Source of the DNA: an uncultured Candidatus Saccharibacteria bacterium
GTDB lineage: Bacteria; Patescibacteriota; UBA1384; DTJR01
Reading direction: 5' to 3'
DNA length: 64,000 bases
Assembly (NCBI GenBank): GCA_964487045.1
Contig: CAZAOT010000002.1
Location: 195,511 to 259,510, forward strand
Part shown: positions 8,375 to 17,672 of the stretch, one piece after another
Numbering within the stretch: the first letter of the stretch is position 1
Layout of the letters: each line of letters starts with the position of its first letter
The notes under the pieces: generated by a model
Seen by the model: only the letters and a program-made list of their open reading frames with translations
Database searches by the model: none
Told to the model about the DNA's origin: nothing
Translations under genes and position numbers: made by a program

Positions 8375-8437
8375 CTAAATCGCCCGGCCTCCGTTGTCGG
8401 TAAAATAAAACCAAAAATTAACATTCATCAATTTCAT
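8375..8437 (-). CDS. Aromatic-amino-acid leader peptide MKLMNVNFWFYFTDNGGRAI (20 aa)
   Basis: Follows TTGACA-17-TAAATT (8474-8446); five consecutive aromatic codons; 12-bp 1:2 stem, 8-bp antiterminator and terminator all present. Confidence 0.82.
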   Translation of the reverse strand: MKLMNVNFWFYFTDNGGRAI

Positions 8438-8669
8438 TATTTAATAATTTATCAAACAAAAAATACTCTGTCAATCCCTCACTCTTAGTCGATATTGATG
8501 TATACAATTTTAATTTGACTCATGGTGTTTGATTCAATTATCTTCTTCCTAAAAATAAAATTCGAAACGGCATCAACTATCAAACACTTTGATTTGCAAT
8601 CATGAAGATACATATAAGTTTCTTTTGATATTGCATCTGATGATGCGAATCGACTAAGAGTGAGTGATC

Positions 8670-8709
8670 AAGAAAAGAGGGCCGTTGCGTCAAGAGACGC
8701 AACGACCCG
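8670..8709 (-). terminator. Terminator of the leuA unit
   Basis: Minus strand GGGTCGTTGCGTC-tctt-GACGCAACGGCCC followed by TCTTTTCTT. Confidence 0.75.
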
Positions 8710-8735
8710 TAATCATTTTGGCAGTATTAACCCTA

Positions 8736-9170
8736 CTATGTCATAACTGCCAGCTTATAAGCGTCCAGGATTGCCATCCAGCCGGCATGGTCCTGGTTCT
8801 GGTGTTCAGCCACCGAGACCCAATGCTCAGAACCTCGGCGAAACTTGACAATGCAACGGACGATTCCGCCTGGCGACCGATTGCCATCCCGCTTGATCAG
8901 CTCGATGTGATAGTCGTACAAAGTAATCGAGTCGATCTTGGGAAGCATCTCTGCTATCGCCTTGTGCAAGGCGCAATCAAAAGCGTCGATAGGTCCGACG
9001 CCATCACCCGCCGAGTGAGCTTGGCGACTACCTACTTCAACCTTGACGGTTGCTTCGGTGTTTGGTTCCTCCCCACTCCAGGTAGTATTCAGCGTGATGT
9101 TGGTTACCGCAAAAGGTTCGCCGGCTCCAGCATCCTTCAGTTCCCGTATTCGCTCTTGGACGTTTATCAT
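8736..9170 (-). CDS. Stand-alone LeuA/CimA allosteric (regulatory) domain protein
   Basis: EATVKV...GDGVGPIDAFDCAL...LYDYHI mirrors the C-terminal domain of adjacent LeuA ([10 protein letters not shown]...ISDYSV). Confidence 0.8.
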   Translation of the reverse strand: MINVQERIRELKDAGAGEPFAVTNITLNTTWSGEEPNTEATVKVEVGSRQAHSAGDGVGPIDAFDCALHKAIAEMLPKIDSITLYDYHIELIKRDGNRSPGGIVRCIVKFRRGSEHWVSVAEHQNQDHAGWMAILDAYKLAVMT

Positions 9171-9208
9171 AACGATCCCCTTCTGAAGAGTTAGGCAGTC
9201 ATAACCCG

Positions 9209-10750
9209 CTAGTGGCCGTTGCCATTGTCCAGCATGATCAGACGATTGACGGCATTGACCAAAGCCATTGCAGAGGCACGAACAACGTCAGTATCAGCCG
9301 CGCGACCCGTCACTTCACGACCTTTTTCGTCCTTCACGTGAATGGTCGCCTCGCCGATCGCGTCGCCGCCGCGAGTAACCGATCGGACTGAGTAGTCAGA
9401 GATCTCTAGCTCGATCCCTGTGATCCGCTGAATCACGTTGAAGGCGGCATCTACCGGTCCGTTGCCGAGCGACACATTTTCGAATTCTGCTTCGCCTTTT
9501 CTGAGAATCATCGTCGCTTGAGGCTTCAGCAGACCACCTGTTATTGTCGTCAAGCTGACGAGTGACCAGAAATCCATCCCCTCGGGCACATCGGAGCCCA
9601 TTTCGGTCATGATAGCGACTAGATCCTCATCGAAGACTTGCTTCTTGTTGTCAGCTAGTGCCACAGCTCGCTCGTAGATCTTGGCCAGCTCTTCGTCGTT
9701 GACTGTATAACCGAGCTCCTTGAGCCTAGCTCGATAACCGTGCTTGCCGGAACGAGGCCCGAGGGGCAAAGCTGTCTCGGTGCTGGACCAGCCGACATCA
9801 GCCGGATCCATGATTTCGTAGGTCTGACGATCCTTGAGCATACCATGCTGATGGATACCTGCTTCATGCCGGAACGCATTCGAGCCCACGATAGCCTTGT
9901 TCGGCTGAACAACGAAGCTCGAGTATTGCGACACTAGCTTCGAGGTCCCAACCAGATGCTTGGTGCAGATATCGGTGTAAGCGTCGAACTGATCAGATCT
10001 TGTCTTCAGAGCCATGACCACTTCTTCGAGTGAGCAGTTGCCCGCTCTCTCACCGATGCCGTTGATGGTGCACTCGACTTGACCTGCTCCCGCACGGATT
10101 GCAGCGAGAGAATTGGCAGTAGCCATGCCTAGATCATTGTGGTTGTGCACGCTGATCGTTGCCTGTGAAATGTTCGGCACATTGGTGATCAAATCAACAA
10201 TCACCGCTTCCATGATCCAAGGCATGGTATAGCCGACCGTGTCAGGGATGTTGACCGTGGTCGCACCAGCCTCGATAACTGTCTGAACGACGAGGCGCAG
10301 GTACTCGCGATCAGTGCGCATGGCATCCTCAGCCGAGAACTCGACATCATCGCATAGAGTCTTGGCAAACTGAACGGCCGAGCGGGCAAGCTCGAGAACT
10401 TCCTCGTAGGTCTTCTCGAACTTCCTCTCGACGTGTAGCGGTGAAGTGCCGATGAAAGTGTGAATCCTGCGACGGCTCGCTGGGGCAATTGCCTCGGCGC
10501 AGGAAACGATGTCGCTCTCGTTGGCACGACAAAGTCCGCAGATGATCGGGCCATCAACCTGCTCGGCGATGGCTTGAACGGACCGGAAGTCGGCCGGCGA
10601 AGAGAAAGGAAAGCCTGCCTCAATGACATCTACGTTGAGCTGGGCCAGTCTTTTAGCAATGGCCAGCTTCTCATTCAGACTCATACTCGCACCGGGTGAT
10701 TGCTCACCATCACGAAGCGTCGTGTCAAAGATTGTGATCCTACGACTCAT
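9209..10750 (-). CDS. leuA: 2-isopropylmalate synthase
   Basis: [49 protein letters not shown]-terminal regulatory domain. Confidence 0.96.
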   Translation of the reverse strand: MSRRITIFDTTLRDGEQSPGASMSLNEKLAIAKRLAQLNVDVIEAGFPFSSPADFRSVQAIAEQVDGPIICGLCRANESDIVSCAEAIAPASRRRIHTFIGTSPLHVERKFEKTYEEVLELARSAVQFAKTLCDDVEFSAEDAMRTDREYLRLVVQTVIEAGATTVNIPDTVGYTMPWIMEAVIVDLITNVPNISQATISVHNHNDLGMATANSLAAIRAGAGQVECTINGIGERAGNCSLEEVVMALKTRSDQFDAYTDICTKHLVGTSKLVSQYSSFVVQPNKAIVGSNAFRHEAGIHQHGMLKDRQTYEIMDPADVGWSSTETALPLGPRSGKHGYRARLKELGYTVNDEELAKIYERAVALADNKKQVFDEDLVAIMTEMGSDVPEGMDFWSLVSLTTITGGLLKPQATMILRKGEAEFENVSLGNGPVDAAFNVIQRITGIELEISDYSVRSVTRGGDAIGEATIHVKDEKGREVTGRAADTDVVRASAMALVNAVNRLIMLDNGNGH

Positions 10751-10829
10751 GATACTACCTCCCAGATTTCGGGCGCTGTGCGCCCTTCGTTTATGCTAAA
10801 ACAAAAAGCACAAACGCCCGATTCCAGGC

Positions 10830-10860
10830 AAAAGAAAAACCGCCTGTGTAGGCGGCTTTT
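10830..10860 (-). terminator. Intrinsic terminator of the leu attenuator
   Basis: Minus strand CCGCCT-acac-AGGCGG-TTTTTCTTTT upstream of leuA. Confidence 0.85.
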
Positions 10861-10890
10861 CTGATTCGTGTGTAAAAAGGTACGGAAGCT

Positions 10891-10971
10891 TTATTGCCGC
10901 CAAGTAAAGTCTAAGCCTAGTAGTAGGCCAAGATTCACCAAAGCGGTTTTATTAATAAAGCTCCTCAACAT
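10891..10971 (-). CDS. Leucine leader peptide MLRSFINKTALVNLGLLLGLDFTWRQ (LeuL-like)
   Basis: CTA CTA CTA run, 7 Leu codons in 26; ATG 6 nt after TTGCAT-17-TAGAAT promoter (leaderless); GGCGGC antiterminator. Confidence 0.88.
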   Translation of the reverse strand: MLRSFINKTALVNLGLLLGLDFTWRQ

Positions 10972-11086
10972 AAGGAGATTCTAGCTTAATTAGATCAAAA
11001 ATGCAACACTATGATTTGCTATTTAATCTAAAAAAGAAAGCGGTCAACAACTGCCCGCTTGGTACGCATCGTTCTGATGCAATGAC

Positions 11087-11314
11087 TTACCGGCGTCTGC
11101 GACGCCGCGATTGACGAAAGGCCCTAGCCCTAGGCGACATTGTCGGAAATCCGGATGCAGTCATCGCTTCAACCGCGTCTCCTCTTCCTACCATGATCAG
11201 CCCGTCGAGAGCACTCGGTGCTTCGGCAATGCGCCCTCGGACAATTCCAGTAGCCTGATTGCGCTGCTGATACCGATCGAATGCAGCCCTCATCACCGCT
11301 CTGGTAACTTTCAT
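11087..11314 (-). CDS. Small hypothetical protein with Arg-rich tail
   Basis: GGAGGTGA SD before ATG 11314; 75 aa ending SRRRRRR. Confidence 0.55.
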   Translation of the reverse strand: MKVTRAVMRAAFDRYQQRNQATGIVRGRIAEAPSALDGLIMVGRGDAVEAMTASGFPTMSPRARAFRQSRRRRRR

Positions 11315-11431
11315 TAAGTCACCTCCGTAGGCAAAAAATATCATTTTAGACACAAAAAAACAATCCTATCCAAACATCCTGACCGACTTATTGTGAGTAT
11401 TTACAAATAAACTTGCCTAAAAAGCCTGTTC

Positions 11432-12298
11432 TCAACGCTGACAAATTGGGCAATAATGAGTACCCCTACCACCCACAACTACTCTCTTCACCTTACCGCA
11501 ACCACCCGGACATTGATTTCCAGTTTTTCGATATATTTTAAAATGATTCTGCATCTGGCCTGTTTTGCCGTCGATATCAACAAATGTATTTTCACTCGAG
11601 CCGCCATATTCAAGACCCATCTTAAGGACTTTTCTTATACAATCAATTAATTTAGTAAGCTCTACTCGCTTGACATCTTTAGCCAGTCGAAGAGGTGAAA
11701 TACCAGCGCAAAACAACGACTCATCCGCATAGATATTACCAATCCCAGCAATATTAGTTTGATCCATTAGTATTTGCTTGATTTTACTCTTTGGTCTGCG
11801 GGAGATAACGCTCATCAAATATTCCTCGGTCAATTCTTTTGTAAAAGGGTCTGGCCCGAGCCCCTTCAGCTCTCGCGTATCTTTAATTTTATCTTGGTCA
11901 AAAACCTTTATGTATCCAAATTTCCTAAGATCGTTAAAATATAAAACGCTTCCGTCTTTAAATTTAAAAATTACGTGAGTAAATTTATTTGGCAAATCCG
12001 CTACCCAATCATTGGATGGATGGCCTCCTGCCATTCGTTCACACTTATCTCCCGGTTTTTTATCGAAAATTAGTTGGCCGGTCATTTTCAAATGTATCAA
12101 AAGTGCTTTGCCGTTTGATAAATCAACTTCAATCATTTTGGCGTGTCTAGAAATTGACTTGGCCTTGCTTCCGACAACATCTGAGACTTCGCCGCTAAAA
12201 AGCTTCTTAGCCCTAATCTCAACTTCGACAATTTCTCGGCCGAGAATCTTACTTTCCAACCCTCTCTTTACAATTTCAACTTCGGGTAGCTCTGGCAT
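11432..12298 (-). CDS. mutM: Formamidopyrimidine-DNA glycosylase
   Basis: MPELPEVE, HLKMTG, DLRKFG, GIGNIYADESLF, C-terminal Zn finger RGTHYCPICQ. Confidence 0.97.
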   Translation of the reverse strand: MPELPEVEIVKRGLESKILGREIVEVEIRAKKLFSGEVSDVVGSKAKSISRHAKMIEVDLSNGKALLIHLKMTGQLIFDKKPGDKCERMAGGHPSNDWVADLPNKFTHVIFKFKDGSVLYFNDLRKFGYIKVFDQDKIKDTRELKGLGPDPFTKELTEEYLMSVISRRPKSKIKQILMDQTNIAGIGNIYADESLFCAGISPLRLAKDVKRVELTKLIDCIRKVLKMGLEYGGSSENTFVDIDGKTGQMQNHFKIYRKTGNQCPGGCGKVKRVVVGGRGTHYCPICQR

Positions 12299-12299
12299 A

Positions 12300-12836
12300 T
12301 TATTTTTTTTCCTTAATTAGTAGAGCGGCCAGCGATGATCCCATTGAAATAATTTTATTATCGAGCACCATCTCAAAAACTTCATTCTTATCCATCAATA
12401 TAACTTCAATATCTTCGGTCACATCACCCGACTTTCGCTCTCCTTCTAGCAAGTGAGCATTTTTAGCATGGAAAATATGTATCTGACGATTAAGCTGCCC
12501 CATCGTCTCATAAAATTTCCCGAGTAACTCCAAACCTTCACATGTATAACCGGTTTCCTCTTCGAATTCGCGAATTACGCAATCCTCGATCGATTCGCCA
12601 GGATCGGAATGTCCAGAGGGAAATTCAAGTGCGACCTGATCTGGAAGATAACGAAACTGTTTAATCATGACAAGTTTATTGTCAGGTGTTTCCGCGACTA
12701 GCATTGCTGAGTCAGGACTGTTCCAATACAACCACTCTACTTGCTCCCCACTTGGAATTTCAACAATATCTTTATTGACTCGAAAATATTTATGATTAAA
12801 AACTTCCTCAGTTGAAATTTTATTCCAAGACTTCAT
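12300..12836 (-). CDS. NUDIX hydrolase (ADP-ribose pyrophosphatase-like)
   Basis: KQFRY...EFPSG.....E......REFEEETG Nudix box. Confidence 0.88.
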   Translation of the reverse strand: MKSWNKISTEEVFNHKYFRVNKDIVEIPSGEQVEWLYWNSPDSAMLVAETPDNKLVMIKQFRYLPDQVALEFPSGHSDPGESIEDCVIREFEEETGYTCEGLELLGKFYETMGQLNRQIHIFHAKNAHLLEGERKSGDVTEDIEVILMDKNEVFEMVLDNKIISMGSSLAALLIKEKK

Positions 12837-12845
12837 TTTGAAAGA

Positions 12846-14942
12846 TTAGTTAGAGCAAGTAGCACTATTTAAAATACTTGAATTTAAACTATTTTCAAAT
12901 AAATAAACCCAATAGGCTTTTTTTGCTGAAATCTGAGAAACTTCGGGTAATATAGGATTTTGCGTTGAGCAGGTTGGTGAAAGCTTATCTACTCCTGTTA
13001 AAAGCGAAAAGACTGCACAAGCGTCAGACGACTGGGTGCTCTGAATAACAAAAACATTCGAATAAATTATTCTTGCGATTTTTAAATCTGACAAACTAAC
13101 ATTCTTAGCCAAACATTGCCCCTGGCGATTAATAATTGTATATCTCAAATCGCTAATATTTGATACTTGCTCATTCCAAAGCAAGTTCCATCCTGGTCTG
13201 AGCGATTTTTGCGAATCTGTTTGGCCGACTGAAGGTTGGTTTATGTTCGTATCCGCTGGAGAATAGATATAATACCCTCGGTTAGCCTGAAACGAAGCGG
13301 GCTGGCTAGATCCAGAAACATCCCATTTATTTTCCAACGAATTAAATCCAAATAAATACATCCCAGCCTGCAGCATTGAAGGTGCGAGCGCACTTCCATC
13401 GAACCCCAAAGTATTAAAACCCCTGTGTAGATTAATTGTATTATTAGTAGATACAGACACTGTTGGTGAAGCTGTCGGTGTTTGACCCTCTGGAATCATG
13501 CTAAGATTTAACGTAGGTGGAACAGAATTACTTACAACCAAACTTTGAGTAGTCGTTTGGTATCCAGACTTTTCCGCAACTATGTTCCAAGCCCCCTGCG
13601 AAAGAGAGAAGTATATAGCTCCGGAATTTGAGGTAACTCCTATATCTTTTACCAAATTATCTCCAATTATTGAGTAAGGTCCAGTTTGTTTTTGAACTTT
13701 TATCTTAACCCCAGACAAAGGCGTTGAGGCATCAGCTTTCTTAACTATGCCAACAACTGTTTCATTACCTCCCCCTGTAGAACTACCGTTAATAATAGGG
13801 CCTTGAGAATAATTACAACCAATTTTAATGCATGAAAATGACCATCCGCCTGAAGCGTCACTGCAAAAACCATCTGGGCAATTTGTTGATTGCAGGCCAG
13901 AGGCTTCGCAGGTTTGGCCATTCTGCCTCGGAATACAATTATGCAGGCCGATCGTCTTAAGCCTTGCCATATAATCAAAACTGCTCCCCATTTTGCTACC
14001 GCAGTATTGATTAGATAATTCTTCAGCCATCGACGTATTCGTCGTGTTTAGATATGGTGCTGCAATAGAATTTACTTCACAAAGCCTTTTATCGAACATC
14101 GTTCCACCGTGACATGTTGCATCTACTAGCTGACCATTGGCATATCTTTTTGAATCTTGATTAAAACTGTCACATTTACTTGCAATCATGGTCTCGCATG
14201 CGTCATTTAGACGCTCCTGGGTAACAGCAGCACCTATTTGGCAATATTTTGGATAAACCTGCTCATTGACACGTTTTAGGTTTTTACATTCGTCCAGACA
14301 CCTACAGCAGGAGTCGCTGTCTACCCCCTGCTCATTCTCGTCATTACCTTCTTCGCACATACAAGCATTCATTATTTTAGTTGGAGCCATCCTTGTCATA
14401 TCGTCCTGACAATGCGCCTGACATTCTCCAATATCAACCTTGGGATTGTTAGGATCACAATAATAGTCCATGGTGTCTTTGTAGCACGCTTGTTCTGAAT
14501 TATCAGCCTTAACGTCATTACATTTGGGCATCATCGGACTACCATTAGGCGGGGTGCAAGCCTTAGTCATCATCCCTCTGATTGCACAACAATTTTGAGC
14601 ATTATTGAGAGTATCTTCACCTGAGTAGCTCTTACATTGATTAATGTTAGTGAACTGACTATAGGAATAGTCGCCAGTAGACAAACCTTGCCCAGTGCAC
14701 ATTGCCTCCGGAATGGTAATAGAACAAGATCCTGTTTCTGTAGTCTGAGTAGGATATTGGGAAGTCTCGCAACTAACATGAATAGTCGGGCAAGTCTGCT
14801 GGCAACCGGGAGGAAAATAAGATACTGAATCTGCTGATATTTTATTTCGAATAAAACGTCCAGCTAAAAAAGAGAGACCAAATAGTAGCAAAGCTATCAA
14901 CAAAAACCTCAACCCCCACTTTAGCTTCCCCATTTTCTTCAT
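12846..14942 (-). CDS. Exported Cys-rich protein with carboxypeptidase-regulatory-like domain and conserved C-terminal domain
   Basis: N-terminal TM/signal; ~340-aa Cys-dense region; VVGIV...PLSGVKI...GAWNIVAEKSGYQT; C-terminus similar to 25074..26041. Confidence 0.8.
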   Translation of the reverse strand: MKKMGKLKWGLRFLLIALLLFGLSFLAGRFIRNKISADSVSYFPPGCQQTCPTIHVSCETSQYPTQTTETGSCSITIPEAMCTGQGLSTGDYSYSQFTNINQCKSYSGEDTLNNAQNCCAIRGMMTKACTPPNGSPMMPKCNDVKADNSEQACYKDTMDYYCDPNNPKVDIGECQAHCQDDMTRMAPTKIMNACMCEEGNDENEQGVDSDSCCRCLDECKNLKRVNEQVYPKYCQIGAAVTQERLNDACETMIASKCDSFNQDSKRYANGQLVDATCHGGTMFDKRLCEVNSIAAPYLNTTNTSMAEELSNQYCGSKMGSSFDYMARLKTIGLHNCIPRQNGQTCEASGLQSTNCPDGFCSDASGGWSFSCIKIGCNYSQGPIINGSSTGGGNETVVGIVKKADASTPLSGVKIKVQKQTGPYSIIGDNLVKDIGVTSNSGAIYFSLSQGAWNIVAEKSGYQTTTQSLVVSNSVPPTLNLSMIPEGQTPTASPTVSVSTNNTINLHRGFNTLGFDGSALAPSMLQAGMYLFGFNSLENKWDVSGSSQPASFQANRGYYIYSPADTNINQPSVGQTDSQKSLRPGWNLLWNEQVSNISDLRYTIINRQGQCLAKNVSLSDLKIARIIYSNVFVIQSTQSSDACAVFSLLTGVDKLSPTCSTQNPILPEVSQISAKKAYWVYLFENSLNSSILNSATCSN

Positions 14943-15005
14943 AATTAAATACTATAGCCTATTTGCTCTTTATTCAATCGCTTTAAAATACTTACGTCGC
15001 AATAA

Positions 15006-15665
15006 TCAAATATCAACAATAAGCTCAAAAATTGCGAAATGTTTAGGCGTGTGAAAATTTGGTGTCTGCTCCATATTTGGTACTAGCGCCTGAAAAGAAT
15101 TCTGCTGCGGATAACCATCGATCCTAAATAAGTTTCCTCTTAGCCTATCCCCCTCTTTTAGTTCTGAGACACTAAGCTCATCCACAGGAAGCTTGACTTG
15201 GGTAATCCAACGACCTGATTTATATTCGCCAAAATCGCCTGTTGATGAAATTCGCTGTTTAAACTCTAAGTCAGAATTCCAATTAATATCGACATTAAAT
15301 CCTGAGTCATGCCTTGAGCCAGTCGGGTTACTTACTTTCCCATCAAACTTTATTCCCATCGGTGAAAATTGAAGCTCGAGATAATTTTTAGGGATTGCCT
15401 CTCCAAAAGAGATGAATGCTTCCACTACCTCTTGCTCATAGATCGGATCATCATTATTCTGATACGTACCCCAAATATGATCGTCTTCCACGTCAAACAG
15501 AAAATACAAATATTTTTCACTCCACAGGATTTTCGCCTTCGCTTTCTTTAGGATAGGACTGCCACTTGTAACATCTTTGAGTTCGTAGAAGGATGTTTTA
15601 TCCCAATTAAGAGAAGGCCATTCGCTAAGCTCAAAACCTTCGGTCTTTTTGATTTGATAAATCAT
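15006..15665 (-). CDS. Carbohydrate-binding family 9-like (DOMON-like) protein
   Basis: AKILWSEKYLYFLFDVED, PIYEQEVVEAFI, YLELQFSP, GNLFRID, NFHTP. Confidence 0.78.
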   Translation of the reverse strand: MIYQIKKTEGFELSEWPSLNWDKTSFYELKDVTSGSPILKKAKAKILWSEKYLYFLFDVEDDHIWGTYQNNDDPIYEQEVVEAFISFGEAIPKNYLELQFSPMGIKFDGKVSNPTGSRHDSGFNVDINWNSDLEFKQRISSTGDFGEYKSGRWITQVKLPVDELSVSELKEGDRLRGNLFRIDGYPQQNSFQALVPNMEQTPNFHTPKHFAIFELIVDI

Positions 15666-16831
15666 CTCTTTATTTCTTTTGCGCCATCAGAAGCATTGCA
15701 AATATATGCGTTTCCCTTAATTCCTAATTTTTGTCGATACATCTCTTCAAGTTCACCAGCAAAATGCTGAGCCGTTCCTCTTTTTACTAAGTTAATCGTG
15801 CAACCGCCAAATCCCCCGCCGATCATGCGAGAACCAATGATCCCCTCAATTTTCTTGCTCAAGTCTACCGCGGCATCTAACTCTGGGCATGAAACCTCAT
15901 AATCATTCCTCAGGCTATTATGGCATTCGTATAATATCTTACCGATCTGCTTGTAGTCATCATTGTTAAGCGCATCCTTCATTTTCATCACTCTGGTGTT
16001 TTCTGTAATAGGATGTTTGGCTCGACGATATACTAGATCACCTTGCTTATTGCCCAGTCTAGAAATTAACTCTGGCTTGAGCTCATCAAGCATTTCTATA
16101 GTCATATCTCGAAGCATCTCCAGCTTAGGATTTTTGAAAAATTCTCTAGCAATTTCGAGCACTTCTCTCGCCTGTCTCTTTCTTTCATCAAACGGCGAAT
16201 CGATCTGTTTGTGTCTGATCGTAGTTTCAAATACTACTATTTCTACATCTTGAGGAATCTTAATATATTCAAATTTTAATGTTCGACAATCAAGTAGCAC
16301 TGCGTGTCCTTCCTTGCCATTTGCGATGCAAAACTGGTCCATAATTCCACCGGTTGTTCCATACCACCACTCTGCTTCACAGCCAACCTTGGCTAACTCT
16401 ACCCGATCGAGTCCGAGCTTATAATAGTCATTCAGCAAATACGCAAATCCGGTTGCAAGTGATGAAGAGGAGGAAAGACCACTCCCAATTGGAATTGTTG
16501 AATGAATAGCAAAATTAATTCCCCCAAACTTATGCCCTCGTTTCTTAAGAACTTCAACTACACCTTGCAAATATAACATCCACTCATATTTTGTTCTAAC
16601 ACTCTTGCGTGTATCAAATTGGCCAATTTCATCAAATTTTTCAGAATATCCGCTAACTAAATCATGGTCTTTCGACATTGACCAAGTTATGCCCAGGTCA
16701 ATCGCAGCCGGCATCACATAGCCTGCATGATAATCGGAATGCTCCCCAATGATATTTACCCTACCCGGAGACCAATAATATTTCTCTGGTTCTCCTGAAA
16801 AGTGATTTTTAAATATTTTTTCTGATTCCAT
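15662..16831 (-). CDS. galK: Galactokinase
   Basis: SPGRVNIIGEHSDY, PIGSGLSSSS, GIMDQ, DYEVSCPELD, SRMIGGGFGGC. Confidence 0.93.
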   Translation of the reverse strand: MESEKIFKNHFSGEPEKYYWSPGRVNIIGEHSDYHAGYVMPAAIDLGITWSMSKDHDLVSGYSEKFDEIGQFDTRKSVRTKYEWMLYLQGVVEVLKKRGHKFGGINFAIHSTIPIGSGLSSSSSLATGFAYLLNDYYKLGLDRVELAKVGCEAEWWYGTTGGIMDQFCIANGKEGHAVLLDCRTLKFEYIKIPQDVEIVVFETTIRHKQIDSPFDERKRQAREVLEIAREFFKNPKLEMLRDMTIEMLDELKPELISRLGNKQGDLVYRRAKHPITENTRVMKMKDALNNDDYKQIGKILYECHNSLRNDYEVSCPELDAAVDLSKKIEGIIGSRMIGGGFGGCTINLVKRGTAQHFAGELEEMYRQKLGIKGNAYICNASDGAKEIKR

Positions 16832-16851
16832 AATATGCTTTAGTTATATTA

Positions 16852-17292
16852 ATGATAAAACGATTCTTTTATATCTTAATTGTTCCGGCATTTCTACTTA
16901 CAGGCTGTTCTAATCTACCAAAAAATGACTCTAAAAAGAAGGTCTCGATAGAGAATAGGAAATTCGAGCTGGAAATTGCAGACACGATTGAAGAGCATCG
17001 AAAAGGTTTAATGGACCGAAATGCCCTCGAAGCAGACAGGGGTATGTTATTTCTTTTTGACCAAAAAGACTACCAACAATTTTGGATGAAAAATACTTTA
17101 ATTCCGCTACAAGTAATCATGATCGATGACTGCCAAGTTGTAGATTTAATCGAAATGCCAAAAGAAGAGGATCCGGCAAACGCCAAAATGATCTATAAGT
17201 CGAGTAAACCAGCTAACAAGGCAATTGAACTCAATACTAAAACTTTTGACCAATCCCTAGTCGGTCAGAAGATTGAAGATCTTTGTAAGTGA
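16852..17292 (+). CDS. DUF192-family lipoprotein
   Basis: Lipobox LLTGC; EIADT...GLM.R....GMLF.F....FWMKNTLIPL. Confidence 0.88.
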   Translation: MIKRFFYILIVPAFLLTGCSNLPKNDSKKKVSIENRKFELEIADTIEEHRKGLMDRNALEADRGMLFLFDQKDYQQFWMKNTLIPLQVIMIDDCQVVDLIEMPKEEDPANAKMIYKSSKPANKAIELNTKTFDQSLVGQKIEDLCK

Positions 17293-17339
17293 TTGACTAT
17301 TAACAAGTTTTTGGCATTATTGTTCTAGCTCGAGAAGGG

Positions 17340-17672
17340 GTGAATAGCATGAAAGATGAGCATTTTGCTCTCAAACGAAACGAGTATGTCGTTGAGCAGC
17401 TTCGTGAGTTCGAGCGAGCCCTAGAGAGGCGCTGCCGAAAATCACGCAAGCGCAAAAAGCCAAAGTGGATGAGGCGCCGGCTCGATATCGCTCACTTGAT
17501 TGTTCTCGAGTTTCTTTCGTCTGATGATACCCGGTTCTGCCGCTATCAATTGCGCGAGTACGCGCGCAAGGTGCTTAACGCTAAGCCTAAAGGTTTTTCT
17601 AAGGCTTGGAGATATGTAACTGAGCAAGTGCAGAACTTCATAGATCTCGATACTTTGGGAGCGTCGCCTTAG
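17340..17672 (+). CDS. Hypothetical basic protein
   Basis: 110-aa ORF filling the gap; upstream TTGACT...CATTAT promoter-like sequence. Confidence 0.55.
   Translation: MNSMKDEHFALKRNEYVVEQLREFERALERRCRKSRKRKKPKWMRRRLDIAHLIVLEFLSSDDTRFCRYQLREYARKVLNAKPKGFSKAWRYVTEQVQNFIDLDTLGASP

Noticed and set aside
8664-10699. Alternative-frame ORFs over leuA and its neighbour
   Set aside because: GC-rich shadow ORFs of well-supported genes
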